Notes under the pieces: generated by a model | Told to the model about the DNA's origin: nothing | Database searches by the model: none | What the model saw: the letters and a program-made list of their open reading frames with translations, nothing else | Shown here: positions 40,616-50,608 of the stretch, piece after piece | Layout: each line of letters opens with the position of its first letter | Position numbering within the stretch: the first letter of the stretch is position 1 | DNA from: an uncultured Campylobacter sp. | GTDB lineage: Bacteria > Campylobacterota > Campylobacteria > Campylobacterales > Campylobacteraceae | DNA: 64,000 nt | NCBI RefSeq assembly: GCF_937996225.1 | Contig: NZ_CALKTC010000009.1 | Span: 768-64,767, forward strand | Reading direction: 5' to 3' | Made by a program: the position numbers and the translations under genes

Positions 40616-41760
40616 ATCGCTAGCGAGGGATAAGGATGAACGAAGCAAGGCTCGAAGAGCTAAAGAAAATTCTAAACGAACGGCGTCAAAATGTGGAGCA
40701 GAGCTCCGGGAATAGTTTTAATCTTGAAAGCTTAAAATACCCAATTCAAATAAACGGAATCTGGAACTAAAAAATTGTCTAGAATTTTAATGATAGAAAT
40801 TCCAATATAAATATGAATACCCATTGTAAAAAAGAGTTAATAATAAAGGATTTTAGTGCCTTAATAGGTTTTTTCCAATTTTGTATATTAATATTGATCA
40901 TAATACTTTCTCAAACAGGAATATTGTCTAATTTTGGTATTGAAAAATTTTCCGAATCAGAAGATTCTTATTTTTTCATTATTTTGTGCACTATTATTCC
41001 ATTTATTAGAATTATTGAGCGCGATAAACCATTTAATAGGCGCTTTATAATTTTTAACGAAAAATTTATTTCGGTAGAAGTCGAAGGAATAAAAATCTTC
41101 CGAATAAATCTAGATGAAATTATTAAGATATCTAAAAATATGGATACTAGGACTTCTACACCAGAATATTTTCCAATTTCAAAAGAACTCTTCTATTTCT
41201 GTATATTTGCTACTATAATAACAATGATCTTATTTGTTTTTAAAGACTTTATAGTTGTATTTATATTGTTGGCCACAATATTCATTCTTCCAAAGAATTT
41301 AATTTGTACTGTAATTGGCGGCTTGGAAGCAAACAAAATATATGATCGTTTGGCAATATATTCTAAAGATGGCATCATAATAAATATTTTTATAAATTCT
41401 AATAAAGATTATTCGGAATTAAAGAGATACTTTTTATTACATAAGAGTATTAATATAGATAATGTTAGAAAAGAATTTATGATATTTCACAAGGAGTCTA
41501 AACATAGATAAGAGAGAATTAAATGCGCAAATTGAGCTTGATCGCGCAGAAAAGAATTTTCAAAATTTAAAGATAGTGCTCTGCTATTTTGTAATATAAT
41601 TGAAGCTAGGTTCAGTAAATTTAATATCCATCTAAGCTACAAAAGGCAAAATAGGCAAACTTTCGAAATCGCTAGCGAGGGATAAGGATGAACGAAGCAA
41701 AGCCCAAAGAGTTAAAGAAAATTCTAAATGAACGACATCAAAATTTAGAGCAAGGCTCGC
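40616..41760 (+). repeat. Direct repeat pair: RBS plus first ~23 codons duplicated at ~40616-40710 and ~41668-41760
   Basis: atcgctagcgagggataaggatgaacgaagcaa identical in both copies, followed by diverged ...aaagaaaattctaaa(c/t)gaacg...tcaaaat. Confidence 0.85.
40813..41511 (+). CDS. AT-rich integral membrane protein; its 5' part from ATG 40636 is disrupted
   Basis: Multiple TM segments; C-terminus YSELKRYFL..KSINID matches paralogue at 41688. Confidence 0.7.
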   Translation: MNTHCKKELIIKDFSALIGFFQFCILILIIILSQTGILSNFGIEKFSESEDSYFFIILCTIIPFIRIIERDKPFNRRFIIFNEKFISVEVEGIKIFRINLDEIIKISKNMDTRTSTPEYFPISKELFYFCIFATIITMILFVFKDFIVVFILLATIFILPKNLICTVIGGLEANKIYDRLAIYSKDGIIINIFINSNKDYSELKRYFLLHKSINIDNVRKEFMIFHKESKHR

Positions 41761-42662
41761 AAGAAGATTTTAATGCTCAAAATTCTGATGCCTTAAATTT
41801 TGATACTTCAGAATCCGATACCTCAAATTCAAATGCTTCAAATTTCAATGCCTCAGATTTAAATATTACAAATTCCAAGGCTTTAAATTCTAATGATCAA
41901 AATTCAGACGGTCTAAATTTAAACATGGAGCGCGATAGAAAATTTCAAAATTTAGATCCAAACAATGCTACTTTATTTAAAAATTCTAAGGCTAGAGACT
42001 ACAACAAAGATCCGATAGTAATCAAAAATTATGAAAAGTTTTTTGTTTATGCCCATCTTCTTGTATTTCTTCAGGTATCAGGTCTTCTAATATCTTTTAT
42101 TTGGGATATTGTAGATTTTGGGCATATATATGTAGACGATTATTTAGAAGCCTGTATAATGATATTACTAATCTCCGTTATTACATATATCTTTACCGCG
42201 ATACGCAATAAACGCGAAATAAGATTTACCGATCAATATATAGAATTTTTAGATAAAGGGGTCGTTAAAAGGCAGTGCAAGGTGGAAAAGGATAAATTAT
42301 GCAAAAACTTTTCCACGCAAAATTTTAGAACCCCATCTTTTATAGTGTTGGTTATATTTTGTGTCGGCTCGTTAGGTTTTTTCTTTGTATTTTTGCTTTG
42401 CATGTATGTGGCGAATATATTTATAAAATTCGTCGTGTATTTTTGCATAAATAAAGGCATAAAAGGATTTAAAATTTTTCCATTTATAAAAGTAGATGAG
42501 CCGTGGCATGGCGGATATTTATATTATTCCGTTGTCGTATCGGCACACTACTATTTGATTTATTTGTATAGCAGTGAAATTTACGACGAAGTTAGAGAGT
42601 ATTTTCTACAGAAAAATATAAATATAGACTATATTAAAAAGGACTATACGGTTTTTATCTAG
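41688..42662 (+). CDS. AT-rich integral membrane protein with N/S-rich repeat N-terminus
   Basis: RDYNKDPIVIKNY, TM helices, YDEVREYFLQKNINID. Confidence 0.8.
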   Translation: MNEAKPKELKKILNERHQNLEQGSQEDFNAQNSDALNFDTSESDTSNSNASNFNASDLNITNSKALNSNDQNSDGLNLNMERDRKFQNLDPNNATLFKNSKARDYNKDPIVIKNYEKFFVYAHLLVFLQVSGLLISFIWDIVDFGHIYVDDYLEACIMILLISVITYIFTAIRNKREIRFTDQYIEFLDKGVVKRQCKVEKDKLCKNFSTQNFRTPSFIVLVIFCVGSLGFFFVFLLCMYVANIFIKFVVYFCINKGIKGFKIFPFIKVDEPWHGGYLYYSVVVSAHYYLIYLYSSEIYDEVREYFLQKNINIDYIKKDYTVFI

Positions 42663-43034
42663 GAGGATATGCGAAGGGGCGGTAAATTTAAAACTAAAAT
42701 TTCAATATTTTTGGTAGCCACCACTAAATTTCGTAGCGATACCGAGTGCAAATACGGCGTAATTTTAGCGCTAAATTTTATGCGTAGAAGCGCTTGTTGA
42801 AATTCTAACCGCCTGTCGCTGGAATAAAATTTCGTCGGTAGAATTTCGCCTCTGCGATATTTCTATGCGGAATTCTATCGGTAAAATTTCGAAGGTCAAA
42901 TTTCGCGCCTAAACTCTCTTAAACCTCGCCCTGCGAATTCCGCCCAAGCGAAATTGCCTTGCGAAATTCCGCCCGTTTATATTCGGCTAAGCTCACACTC
43001 GGTAGTATTTGCCATTTTATTTGCGGGGGTCATT

Positions 43035-44472
43035 TTGAAAGAGATAAAATCCAAGCTCATCATAGCGTGTTTGGCTGTTTTAACGGGCGTATTGTGCCTG
43101 ATCGCAGGCGGTGTGCTTATGGATAGATCCGAAACTAGACCCGCGCAAAATTCCACGGCGAGCCGCGCCGCAGCCTTCGGCAACTCCTCCGATCGGCCGC
43201 TAACGGATGAGGATCGCGCTGCACGAGCGAGGTGACTGCACGAAAGGCTGGGCGCCGAGTTAGATTTGGACGAGCGCGTAGTGCAGGGCGATGAGCGGAT
43301 GGAGTATTTCCGAAAGCTTTTGTGCTCCAAGGACACTGCCCGCATTTTGGCATTTATGCGAGAGCAGCGCATTACTGCGGGCGATCCGCTGCATTTTGGC
43401 ATAACGGCGATAATGTATTCTAGCTTTTACAACGATGCAAACACCACCGAGGAGCTGATCTATCACGGAGCGGATATCAACCGCACGGACGATTTTTCTC
43501 ATTCGGCTCTAAGCTATGCTATCGAAAATAACTCTACCGCCGCCGTGGAAGTTCTACTTAAGCACGGAGCTAGCTTTTCTAACGTTAAATATGTTCGTCC
43601 GTGGCTTACAGACCCTGGATACGGTGACTCCTATTTGGTTGTTACTAGTGACGCACAGGTAAAGACATATTCCATAACGCCTAAAAGTGAAGGTACTAGT
43701 GCGGTATCCGATCCACTCTATTACGCCGTAGCAGGCGGATTTTTGCAGATGACGGAGCTTATGCTCAGCAGCGGTGTAAGACCTGAGATTACCGCTTGGA
43801 CGGACGATCATTGTATTGCTTTTACGCTCAAACACCGCAAAGATGAGCGGCAGCCGAACTGCTCCATCTATCAGATGCTGCCGCAACGATATGACGCGAG
43901 TATGCTAAATCTGCTACTTAAATACGATTTGGCAGGACTTCCGGACGATGAGCGTATTCAAAAAAAAATACGATGACTGCCGTAAGGATTTGGATACGTT
44001 GAGGAAGTATAAGAAAATATACCTAGAGCATATGGATGATTATTGTTACGATGAGATTATTTTAGATTGGACTTTATTAAACAGCTCTAGGTATGAGCTG
44101 CTTAGATATATGATGACGGAGCGCTCAAAGTATTCGGAAAATGATGTAATCAAGCTTAACAAAGGCTCGCTGCCCGATCTTAATAGATGCGGCTCGGTAA
44201 CGCCGAATACGGCGCTACTTGGTATCTACGATACGCTTATAAAGCGCTATTCCGCGCTCTGCGGCGATGAGCTTAATGGCGCGAGTGGCTTTGATCTGGA
44301 TAAATTTTTTAGATATTCGCACTTAAAAGGCTTGGAATTTGATCTTAAAATAGAGTATGAGGGCAAGGTGATAAGAGTGGAGGAGTATGATAAAATTTTA
44401 AGGCGCGATGCGTCTAAGCAGCTAGAGCAAGCGGGATCCAAGACTGCAGATACCGCGTCCGCCAATGAGTAA
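43035..44472 (+). pseudogene. Ankyrin-repeat membrane-anchored protein gene interrupted by in-frame TGA (43233-43235) and an A9 frameshift (43960-43968)
   Basis: ORFs 42954-43235 and 43266-43976 are in the same frame. Ankyrin motifs GITAIMYS...LIYHGADIN and SALSYAIE...LLKHGA. Removing one A from the run fuses to ORF 43948-44472. Confidence 0.75.
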
Positions 44473-44742
44473 ATTCTATAAAATTTACAGACGCGATTAT
44501 CGGCTTCGCGGTTGCTATGTATCTTGCAAAACTCTATAAATTACGCCGATTTAAAATTTGCGTCGTTTTGCTTTGTAAAACGCATGGAATTTTGTCGCCA
44601 TGACGCAAGCGGTTTGCAAAATTCCGGCATGTATGTAAATTTTAAAAATTCCGAGAGTTGCGGCGCGTTAAATTATATAAATTTAGGCGTTAAAATTCTA
44701 CTGATATAGACACCCGCGAAATTCGCCGCTTAAAATTTCGCG

Positions 44743-45153
44743 CTACAAATTCTTAAATTCCATCTCCAGCTGCTTGCGCCAGTCTTGCAGCGAGCGCTCT
44801 GCGCCCGCGGCGTATTTTTCGATAAGCGCGTCCGTTTTATTTAGAAACTCAAATAGCTTGCCCTCCCACACGGCGGGGTTTAGGTTGCTTTGATGCATCG
44901 TTTTGATATAGACTAACTCCTTGCTAAGAGCCTCGAGCTCGTCTAGATAACTCTCACGAGCCCCTTCTTCTCGCAGCTCTAGCCGCTTTAGATCTCGCAG
45001 TTTGTCCTCTAAAATATCGCAAAATTTCATATACCTTTGCGAGCTAAGCTCGGGATCTGCGGCGTCTGAGCGCGCGGAAGCCTTTTGGACCTGAAAATAC
45101 ACGAGCGCGCCCACCGCAAGGGCGACTGCGAACATCAAAGCGAAATTAGCCAT
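44743..45153 (-). CDS. Hypothetical protein, N-terminal TM plus helical domain
   Basis: RBS aaggag, overlaps rarD stop, host-like codon usage. Confidence 0.75.
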   Translation of the reverse strand: MANFALMFAVALAVGALVYFQVQKASARSDAADPELSSQRYMKFCDILEDKLRDLKRLELREEGARESYLDELEALSKELVYIKTMHQSNLNPAVWEGKLFEFLNKTDALIEKYAAGAERSLQDWRKQLEMEFKNL

Positions 45154-46018
45154 TTTTTCTCCTTAAGCCGTCCAAGCCCACGACTGCGAGCCCGAACCAA
45201 ATTAGCGAAAAGCTCAAAATTTTATAAGTCTCAAGCTCTTCGCCGTAAATAAACACCGCGATCAGCATGCTCATGCTAGGGCTGATGTATTGCATAAAGC
45301 CAATCGTGGATAGCGGCAGATACTGCGTGCTTGCGGCGAAGGTAAGCAGCGGCAAAATCGTAATCAGTCCGCTTGCAAACAGCAGCGCGCCGCTTACGTT
45401 AAAGCCGAAGGCGCCGCTTCCTTTTAGCGCGCAGTAGATCAGAAACGCAAGCGCGGGCAGCAGCATCAGTGCCGTCTCGCAAAACAGCCCCTCGAAGCTA
45501 GGCACTTTTACTTTTTTGCGTATGAGCCCGTAAAATGCAAAGCTAAGCGGCAGCACGAGCGAGATTATGGGAAGCCTGCCTAGCGCGTAAATTTGCACGC
45601 CGATAGCCGCAAAGGCTAGCAGCAGAGAAAATTTAGCCGCCGCACTTAGCTGCTCGTGCAGAAACAAAGCGCCCAAAAGCACCGAAAATAGCGGATTTAT
45701 AAAATACCCGAGGCTCGTTGCCAAAATTTGATCGGAATTTACTGCGTAGATATAAACTCCCCAGTTCGTGCTGATCAGTAGCCCCGTACAAAGCAGCGTG
45801 AGAGCGATTTTAGGGGTGCTAAGAAGCCGCGCGACGTTTTTTAGGCGGTGCGTAAAGCAGAGAAAAACGAGCAGCAGCACGAAGGACCAAACGACGCGAT
45901 GCGCTAAAATTTGCACCGCGTTTACGTCCTTTATGAGCTTGAAAAATATCGGAAAAACGCCCCACATAACAAAGGTGGCAAGAGCAAGCATTAGCCCTTT
46001 AGTGCGGTTTTCTTCCAT
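45146..46018 (-). CDS. rarD: EamA family transporter RarD
   Basis: ILAHRVVWS, NWGVYIYAV, SLGYFINPL, FYGLIRKK, QYISP. Confidence 0.95.
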   Translation of the reverse strand: MEENRTKGLMLALATFVMWGVFPIFFKLIKDVNAVQILAHRVVWSFVLLLVFLCFTHRLKNVARLLSTPKIALTLLCTGLLISTNWGVYIYAVNSDQILATSLGYFINPLFSVLLGALFLHEQLSAAAKFSLLLAFAAIGVQIYALGRLPIISLVLPLSFAFYGLIRKKVKVPSFEGLFCETALMLLPALAFLIYCALKGSGAFGFNVSGALLFASGLITILPLLTFAASTQYLPLSTIGFMQYISPSMSMLIAVFIYGEELETYKILSFSLIWFGLAVVGLDGLRRKNG

Positions 46019-46086
46019 AAAATTCCTTCCAAATTGCCTAAAGGCGCTATTTTAAGATTTTTTGGGTTAATAAAAGCTTATTTGGG

Positions 46087-46092
46087 TATAAT
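46087..46092 (+). promoter_or_regulatory. Putative -10 box for DAHP synthase gene
   Basis: TATAAT ~30 bp before ATG 46123; RBS aaggagg. Confidence 0.5.
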
Positions 46093-46122
46093 CGCGGGAT
46101 TTACGAAATTTAAGGAGGGGCT

Positions 46123-47466
46123 ATGAGCTGGAGTAGGACGTCGTGGAAAGATTATAAAATTTTACAGCAGCCGATTTATCAGGATGAAAGTGCGGTGCAG
46201 GCCGCTAAAGAGCGCCTTTACAAGCTGCCGCCGTTAATTTTTGCGGGCGAGGTTCGCAACCTAAAAGCCGAGCTTGCGCGCGCTAGCGAGGGCAAGTCGT
46301 TTTTGCTTCAAGGCGGCGATTGCGCTGAGAGCTTTAATGATTTTAGCGCGAATAATATCCGCGATATGTTTAAAGTAATGCTTCAGATGGCGATCATTCT
46401 TACCTTCGCAGCGGGCTGTCCCGTCGTTAAGGTAGGTCGTATCGCAGGGCAGTTCGCAAAGCCGCGCAGCAGCGACTTTGAGGAAGCGGGCGGCGTGAGC
46501 TTGCCTAGCTACCGCGGCGACATAATCAACGGATTTGAGTTTAACGAAGCAGCGCGCAAGCCGGATCCTGCGCGCATGATCGAGGCGTATCATCAAAGCG
46601 CTTCGACGCTGAATCTGCTGCGCGCCTTTTCTCGCGGCGGTCTTGCGAACCTGCACGAGGTGCATAAGTGGAATTTGGGCTTTTTGAAAAAGGGCGAGCT
46701 GGAGGCTAAATTTAACGAGCTGAGCGATGAAATTTCGCGCACGCTTAAATTTATGGAGGCGTGCGGGCTGAGCGCCGCTAACTCTCCGAGCCTTGCCGAG
46801 ACGGTGCTTTACACCTCGCATGAGGCGCTTCTGCTGCACTATGAGGAGTGTCTGACGCGCATCGACAGCACCAGCGGCGATTGGTACGACTGCTCGGCGC
46901 ACATGCTTTGGATCGGCGAGCGCACGCGCGGCGCGGACGATGCGCACGTGCATTTTTTAAGCGGTATCAAAAACCCTCTCGGCGTCAAGATCGGCCCGAG
47001 CGGCACCGCGGATGAAATTTTGCGCCTTTGCGACAAGCTCAATCCGCAAAACGAAGCAGGCAGGCTAAACGTCATCATCCGCATGGGCGCGGATAAGATC
47101 GGCGCGCGGCTGCCGCAAATTTTACGCGAGCTAAAGCGCGAGGGCAGAGCGATCCTATACAGCATAGACCCGATGCACGGCAACACCGTCAAGACCGCGA
47201 ACGGCTACAAAACGCGCGAGTTTTCTAAAATTTTAAGCGAGGTTCAGAGCTTTTTCGAGATCCATGCTGCGGAGGGCACGCATGCAGGCGGCATCCATCT
47301 TGAGATGACCGGTCAAAACGTCACAGAGTGCACGGGCGGCTCGTTTAACGTAACGCAAGAGACGCTAAAACAGCGCTACGAAACGCAGTGCGATCCGCGT
47401 CTAAACGCAGATCAGGCGCTAGAGCTTGCGTTTTTGCTCGCCGATAATCTAAAAAAGGCGGAGTAG
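46123..47466 (+). CDS. aroG: Class II 3-deoxy-7-phosphoheptulonate (DAHP) synthase
   Basis: [48 protein letters not shown]. Confidence 0.95.
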   Translation: MSWSRTSWKDYKILQQPIYQDESAVQAAKERLYKLPPLIFAGEVRNLKAELARASEGKSFLLQGGDCAESFNDFSANNIRDMFKVMLQMAIILTFAAGCPVVKVGRIAGQFAKPRSSDFEEAGGVSLPSYRGDIINGFEFNEAARKPDPARMIEAYHQSASTLNLLRAFSRGGLANLHEVHKWNLGFLKKGELEAKFNELSDEISRTLKFMEACGLSAANSPSLAETVLYTSHEALLLHYEECLTRIDSTSGDWYDCSAHMLWIGERTRGADDAHVHFLSGIKNPLGVKIGPSGTADEILRLCDKLNPQNEAGRLNVIIRMGADKIGARLPQILRELKREGRAILYSIDPMHGNTVKTANGYKTREFSKILSEVQSFFEIHAAEGTHAGGIHLEMTGQNVTECTGGSFNVTQETLKQRYETQCDPRLNADQALELAFLLADNLKKAE

Positions 47467-48610
47467 TTCGCCTTTCGTTGCGCGGGAATTCGGTCGCGGC
47501 TTGGAATTTTAGTCGTAGTTTTAGGCGTTTTGACGTAAGCCAGCGCTATGATTGCACGCTTTACGTTCTAAATTTAATCGTATCTTGGCGCGAGCGATTA
47601 AAACACGGCTCTAAATACGAGGCGGCTTTGGGCGCAGTCTTAAAGCGGTCAAAATATATACATTAAAATTTATACTTCGCGCGAAAACGTAAGCCGCGTA
47701 AACTCGCCGCCGAAATACGAGCAATTTAAAAATTTGCGGCGTCGCGCTTTGATAAAATTCCACTTTGCAGAGACTTGCGAACTTCTTGGCGGCTAAATTT
47801 AGCCCCGTGAGCTCGCGGCTTAAAATTTTAAATCCGCCCTGCATGGAATTTTTAAAATTTGCGCCGCCGTGAAATTTTAAAAATTTAGCGCTAAATTTGC
47901 AGCCCGCGGAATTTCATTTGTGAATTTCGCCGTGTAAATTTTGATCGCTCGCTGCTGTGGGCATGCCGCTTATCTGTGTGTGCTTAAACTAGCGGCAGAC
48001 TAAGCGGTAAATGTAGCTACGCAAGCCCGCCTCCGTCTTTTCGCACATGGCGGTAGAGAATGCCGCGCTATCTGCGGCATTTGGCATAAGTACGGCGCAA
48101 AGCTCTTGCTTAAGATGGGCACGACGAACGCACGCCGTCGCGGCGCGTGTTTCATTGGCTCATGAACTTTCGCTTAATCTTTATGATGCGATACATTAGG
48201 AAGAGCAGGCTTCGTATCCGTTGTAAATTTCAAAGCGCAATTTCGCCGTGAAATTTTAATAGAAAATCTATGCTTCTGTCGCTAAATTCGGAGCTGAAAT
48301 TTTACCTTTTGAGTTTATGCCGCCTCGCCGCTATAAAATTCCAAGTCTTAAATTTAAAGCAAAATTCTGCGGCGCAATGAAATTCCAAAATTTCGTTGCG
48401 GTAAATTTTGTGCTCTAAAATTTCATCCATGAATGTAGAATTTTAAGTCGGCAAATATAAAATTTGAGATAGTCAAAGGTTTGCTGCCGCATCGTGTACT
48501 GCACCGCGAAATATTACTCTACATAATCTGCGCCTAACCTCATAAATTTCGTCGTGCAAAATTTATGCAGAATTTACGCGGAGTTCTTGCTGTCGCGCCG
48601 CTTCGCTTCG

Positions 48611-48982
48611 TTACTTTGAGCGCGGCTTATTAAGTTTTAGTGCGACTACCGCGATTGCGACGTTTGCGTCGTGCGTGATGCTAAGGCTTCCGGATTTGAT
48701 ATGAAATTTTTTACGGATTTTTTTACGGATTTTTAAATGCGGCGCCCCCAGGGCGTCTTTGTAAATTTTAGCGTCTTTAAAGCCAAATTCCGCGCCGATG
48801 CCGGTGCCTAGCGCCTTGCTAAGCGCCTCTTTGGCGGCATAGATGCCCGCGATATTTTCATCGCGCAGCGCGGATGAGCGTTCGGATTTTTTTAAAATGC
48901 GCTTTAGAAATTTCGCGCCGTATTTTGCGCGAAGCGCCGCGATCCTACGCACCGCGGTTATGTCCGTGCCGATCTTTATCAC
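48611..48982 (-). CDS. acpS: Holo-ACP synthase
   Basis: IGTDI, AAKEALSKALGTG, GAP, LSITHD. Confidence 0.93.
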   Translation of the reverse strand: MIKIGTDITAVRRIAALRAKYGAKFLKRILKKSERSSALRDENIAGIYAAKEALSKALGTGIGAEFGFKDAKIYKDALGAPHLKIRKKIRKKFHIKSGSLSITHDANVAIAVVALKLNKPRSK

Positions 48983-49010
48983 GGTCTGGCGCCCCGCGGT
49001 TTAAATTTAA

Positions 49011-49505
49011 TCACGATTGCAGACTCTCTTTAATCTCGATATCGATGATCTTATCGCCCTGTCTGATCGCGTCCAAAACCGCCAGGCTAGGCTCATCTAC
49101 GATCTGCCCGAACACCGTGTGCACGCCGTCTAGGTGCGGTTGCGCGCTGTGGCAGACAAAAAACTGACTACCGCCCGTATCGCGCCCCGCGTGCGCCATC
49201 GATAGCGCGCCGCGCACGTGCTTGTGCTTTTGGCGGTCGCATTCGCACTTTATACGCCAGCCGGGGCCTCCCGTGCCGGTGCCGCGCGGGCAGCCGCCTT
49301 GGATCACAAAATTTGGAATTACGCGGTGAAAATTTAGCCCCTTGTAAAACCCGCTGCGCGCGAGGCTAGCGAAATTCGTAACCGCCTGCGGGGCTTCGTC
49401 ACCGAAAAGCTCCAGCTTCATATCGCCCTTTTCGGTTTTGATAACGGCGTATTTATCGCGCGCCAAAGCCTCTGCGTCGATGTCGTAAATTTTTAAGCTT
49501 TCCAT
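49011..49505 (-). CDS. ppi: Cyclophilin-type peptidyl-prolyl isomerase
   Basis: [39 protein letters not shown]. Confidence 0.95.
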   Translation of the reverse strand: MESLKIYDIDAEALARDKYAVIKTEKGDMKLELFGDEAPQAVTNFASLARSGFYKGLNFHRVIPNFVIQGGCPRGTGTGGPGWRIKCECDRQKHKHVRGALSMAHAGRDTGGSQFFVCHSAQPHLDGVHTVFGQIVDEPSLAVLDAIRQGDKIIDIEIKESLQS

Positions 49506-49513
49506 TTTTTCTC

Positions 49514-50248
49514 CTATGCGATATTGGTGTAAACAGCCTGTACGTCGTCGTCATCCTCTAGCCGCTCGAGCAGTGTGTCTATGTCGCCAAGCTGCTCCTC
49601 GCTAAATTCGTGCTTTTCGTTGGCGACGAATTTTAAGCTTGCGCTGATGATCTCAAGCCCTATCTTTTCGATACCTTCGTTTAGAGTGCCGAAGCTTTCG
49701 TATTCGCCGTAGATTAGAAGCGTCTTTTCGAGCTCGCCCTTATCGTTTTCAAACTCGTTGATCTCAAGCTCGCTAAGACCGAAGTCGATGAGCTCAAGCT
49801 CCAGCTCCTCGATGTCGCGGCTCGGCAGCTTGGTCTCAAAAACGGCCTTGTGCGAAAACATAAATTTCAAACTGCCGCTCGGCAAAAACTCGCCCTTAGC
49901 TTTGTTTAAAATCGACTTTACGTTTGCGACGGTGCGGGTCGGGTTGTCGGTGGCGCATTCGATTATTAAAAGTGCGCCGTGGGGCGCCTTGCCGTCGTAA
50001 AAGATCGTTTTGATATCGGCGCTATCCTTGCCGCTTGCGCGCTTGATAGCCGCGTCGATGTTGTCTTTGGGCATATTTTGCGCCTTTGCCGTGGCGATCG
50101 CGGCGCGCAGCTTGGAGTTCATCAGCGGATCTTCGCCGCCCTCTTTCGCAGCCATCGTTATGGCCTTGCCCAGTTTTGGGAAAAGTTTACTCATCTTCCC
50201 CCATCTAGCTTCTTTTGAAGCGCGTCTGTATTCAAAAGCTCGTCCCAT
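49514..50248 (-). CDS. yebC: YebC/PmpR family protein
   Basis: [33 protein letters not shown]. Confidence 0.95.
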   Translation of the reverse strand: MGRAFEYRRASKEARWGKMSKLFPKLGKAITMAAKEGGEDPLMNSKLRAAIATAKAQNMPKDNIDAAIKRASGKDSADIKTIFYDGKAPHGALLIIECATDNPTRTVANVKSILNKAKGEFLPSGSLKFMFSHKAVFETKLPSRDIEELELELIDFGLSELEINEFENDKGELEKTLLIYGEYESFGTLNEGIEKIGLEIISASLKFVANEKHEFSEEQLGDIDTLLERLEDDDDVQAVYTNIA

Positions 50249-50381
50249 AAAATTCCTTAAAACTTAAATTTAAAAACAGGTGATTATAACGAAAAACCCT
50301 TAAATTTCAGGAGCGGGCGTTGAAATAAAATTTATTAAAAAGTAGTATAAGTTTTGAAATTTTAATCCAAAGGAGAGGCTT

Positions 50382-50597
50382 ATGGCTTTGAAACAAAGCG
50401 TAAAATTTAAGGCGCAAAATATACACTGCGAAAACTGCGCAAGGACGATCAAAAACGCTCTTAAGGACGATTTCGGCGAGATCGAGGTGGACGTGGCAAG
50501 CGGAGTGGTGAGTTTAAGCCTAGATCCGCGCGACGAGGCTAAATTTAAAGAGGAGATGGACGATTTGGGCTTTAGCGTCGCAGAAAAGCTAGCCTAA
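50382..50597 (+). CDS. copZ: Heavy-metal (copper) chaperone, HMA domain
   Basis: IHCENC motif, 71 aa, upstream of P1B ATPase. Confidence 0.85.
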   Translation: MALKQSVKFKAQNIHCENCARTIKNALKDDFGEIEVDVASGVVSLSLDPRDEAKFKEEMDDLGFSVAEKLA

Positions 50598-50608
50598 AAA
50601 CTAACGCA

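Noticed and set aside
43233..43235. TGA as a selenocysteine codon
   Set aside because: No redox motif context or evident SECIS, and the gene has a second lesion; a nonsense mutation is simpler.
46261..46953. Long antisense ORFs over real genes (also 32669-33286, 58687-59256, 14783-15265)
   Set aside because: Shadow ORFs expected from codon bias opposite well-supported genes.
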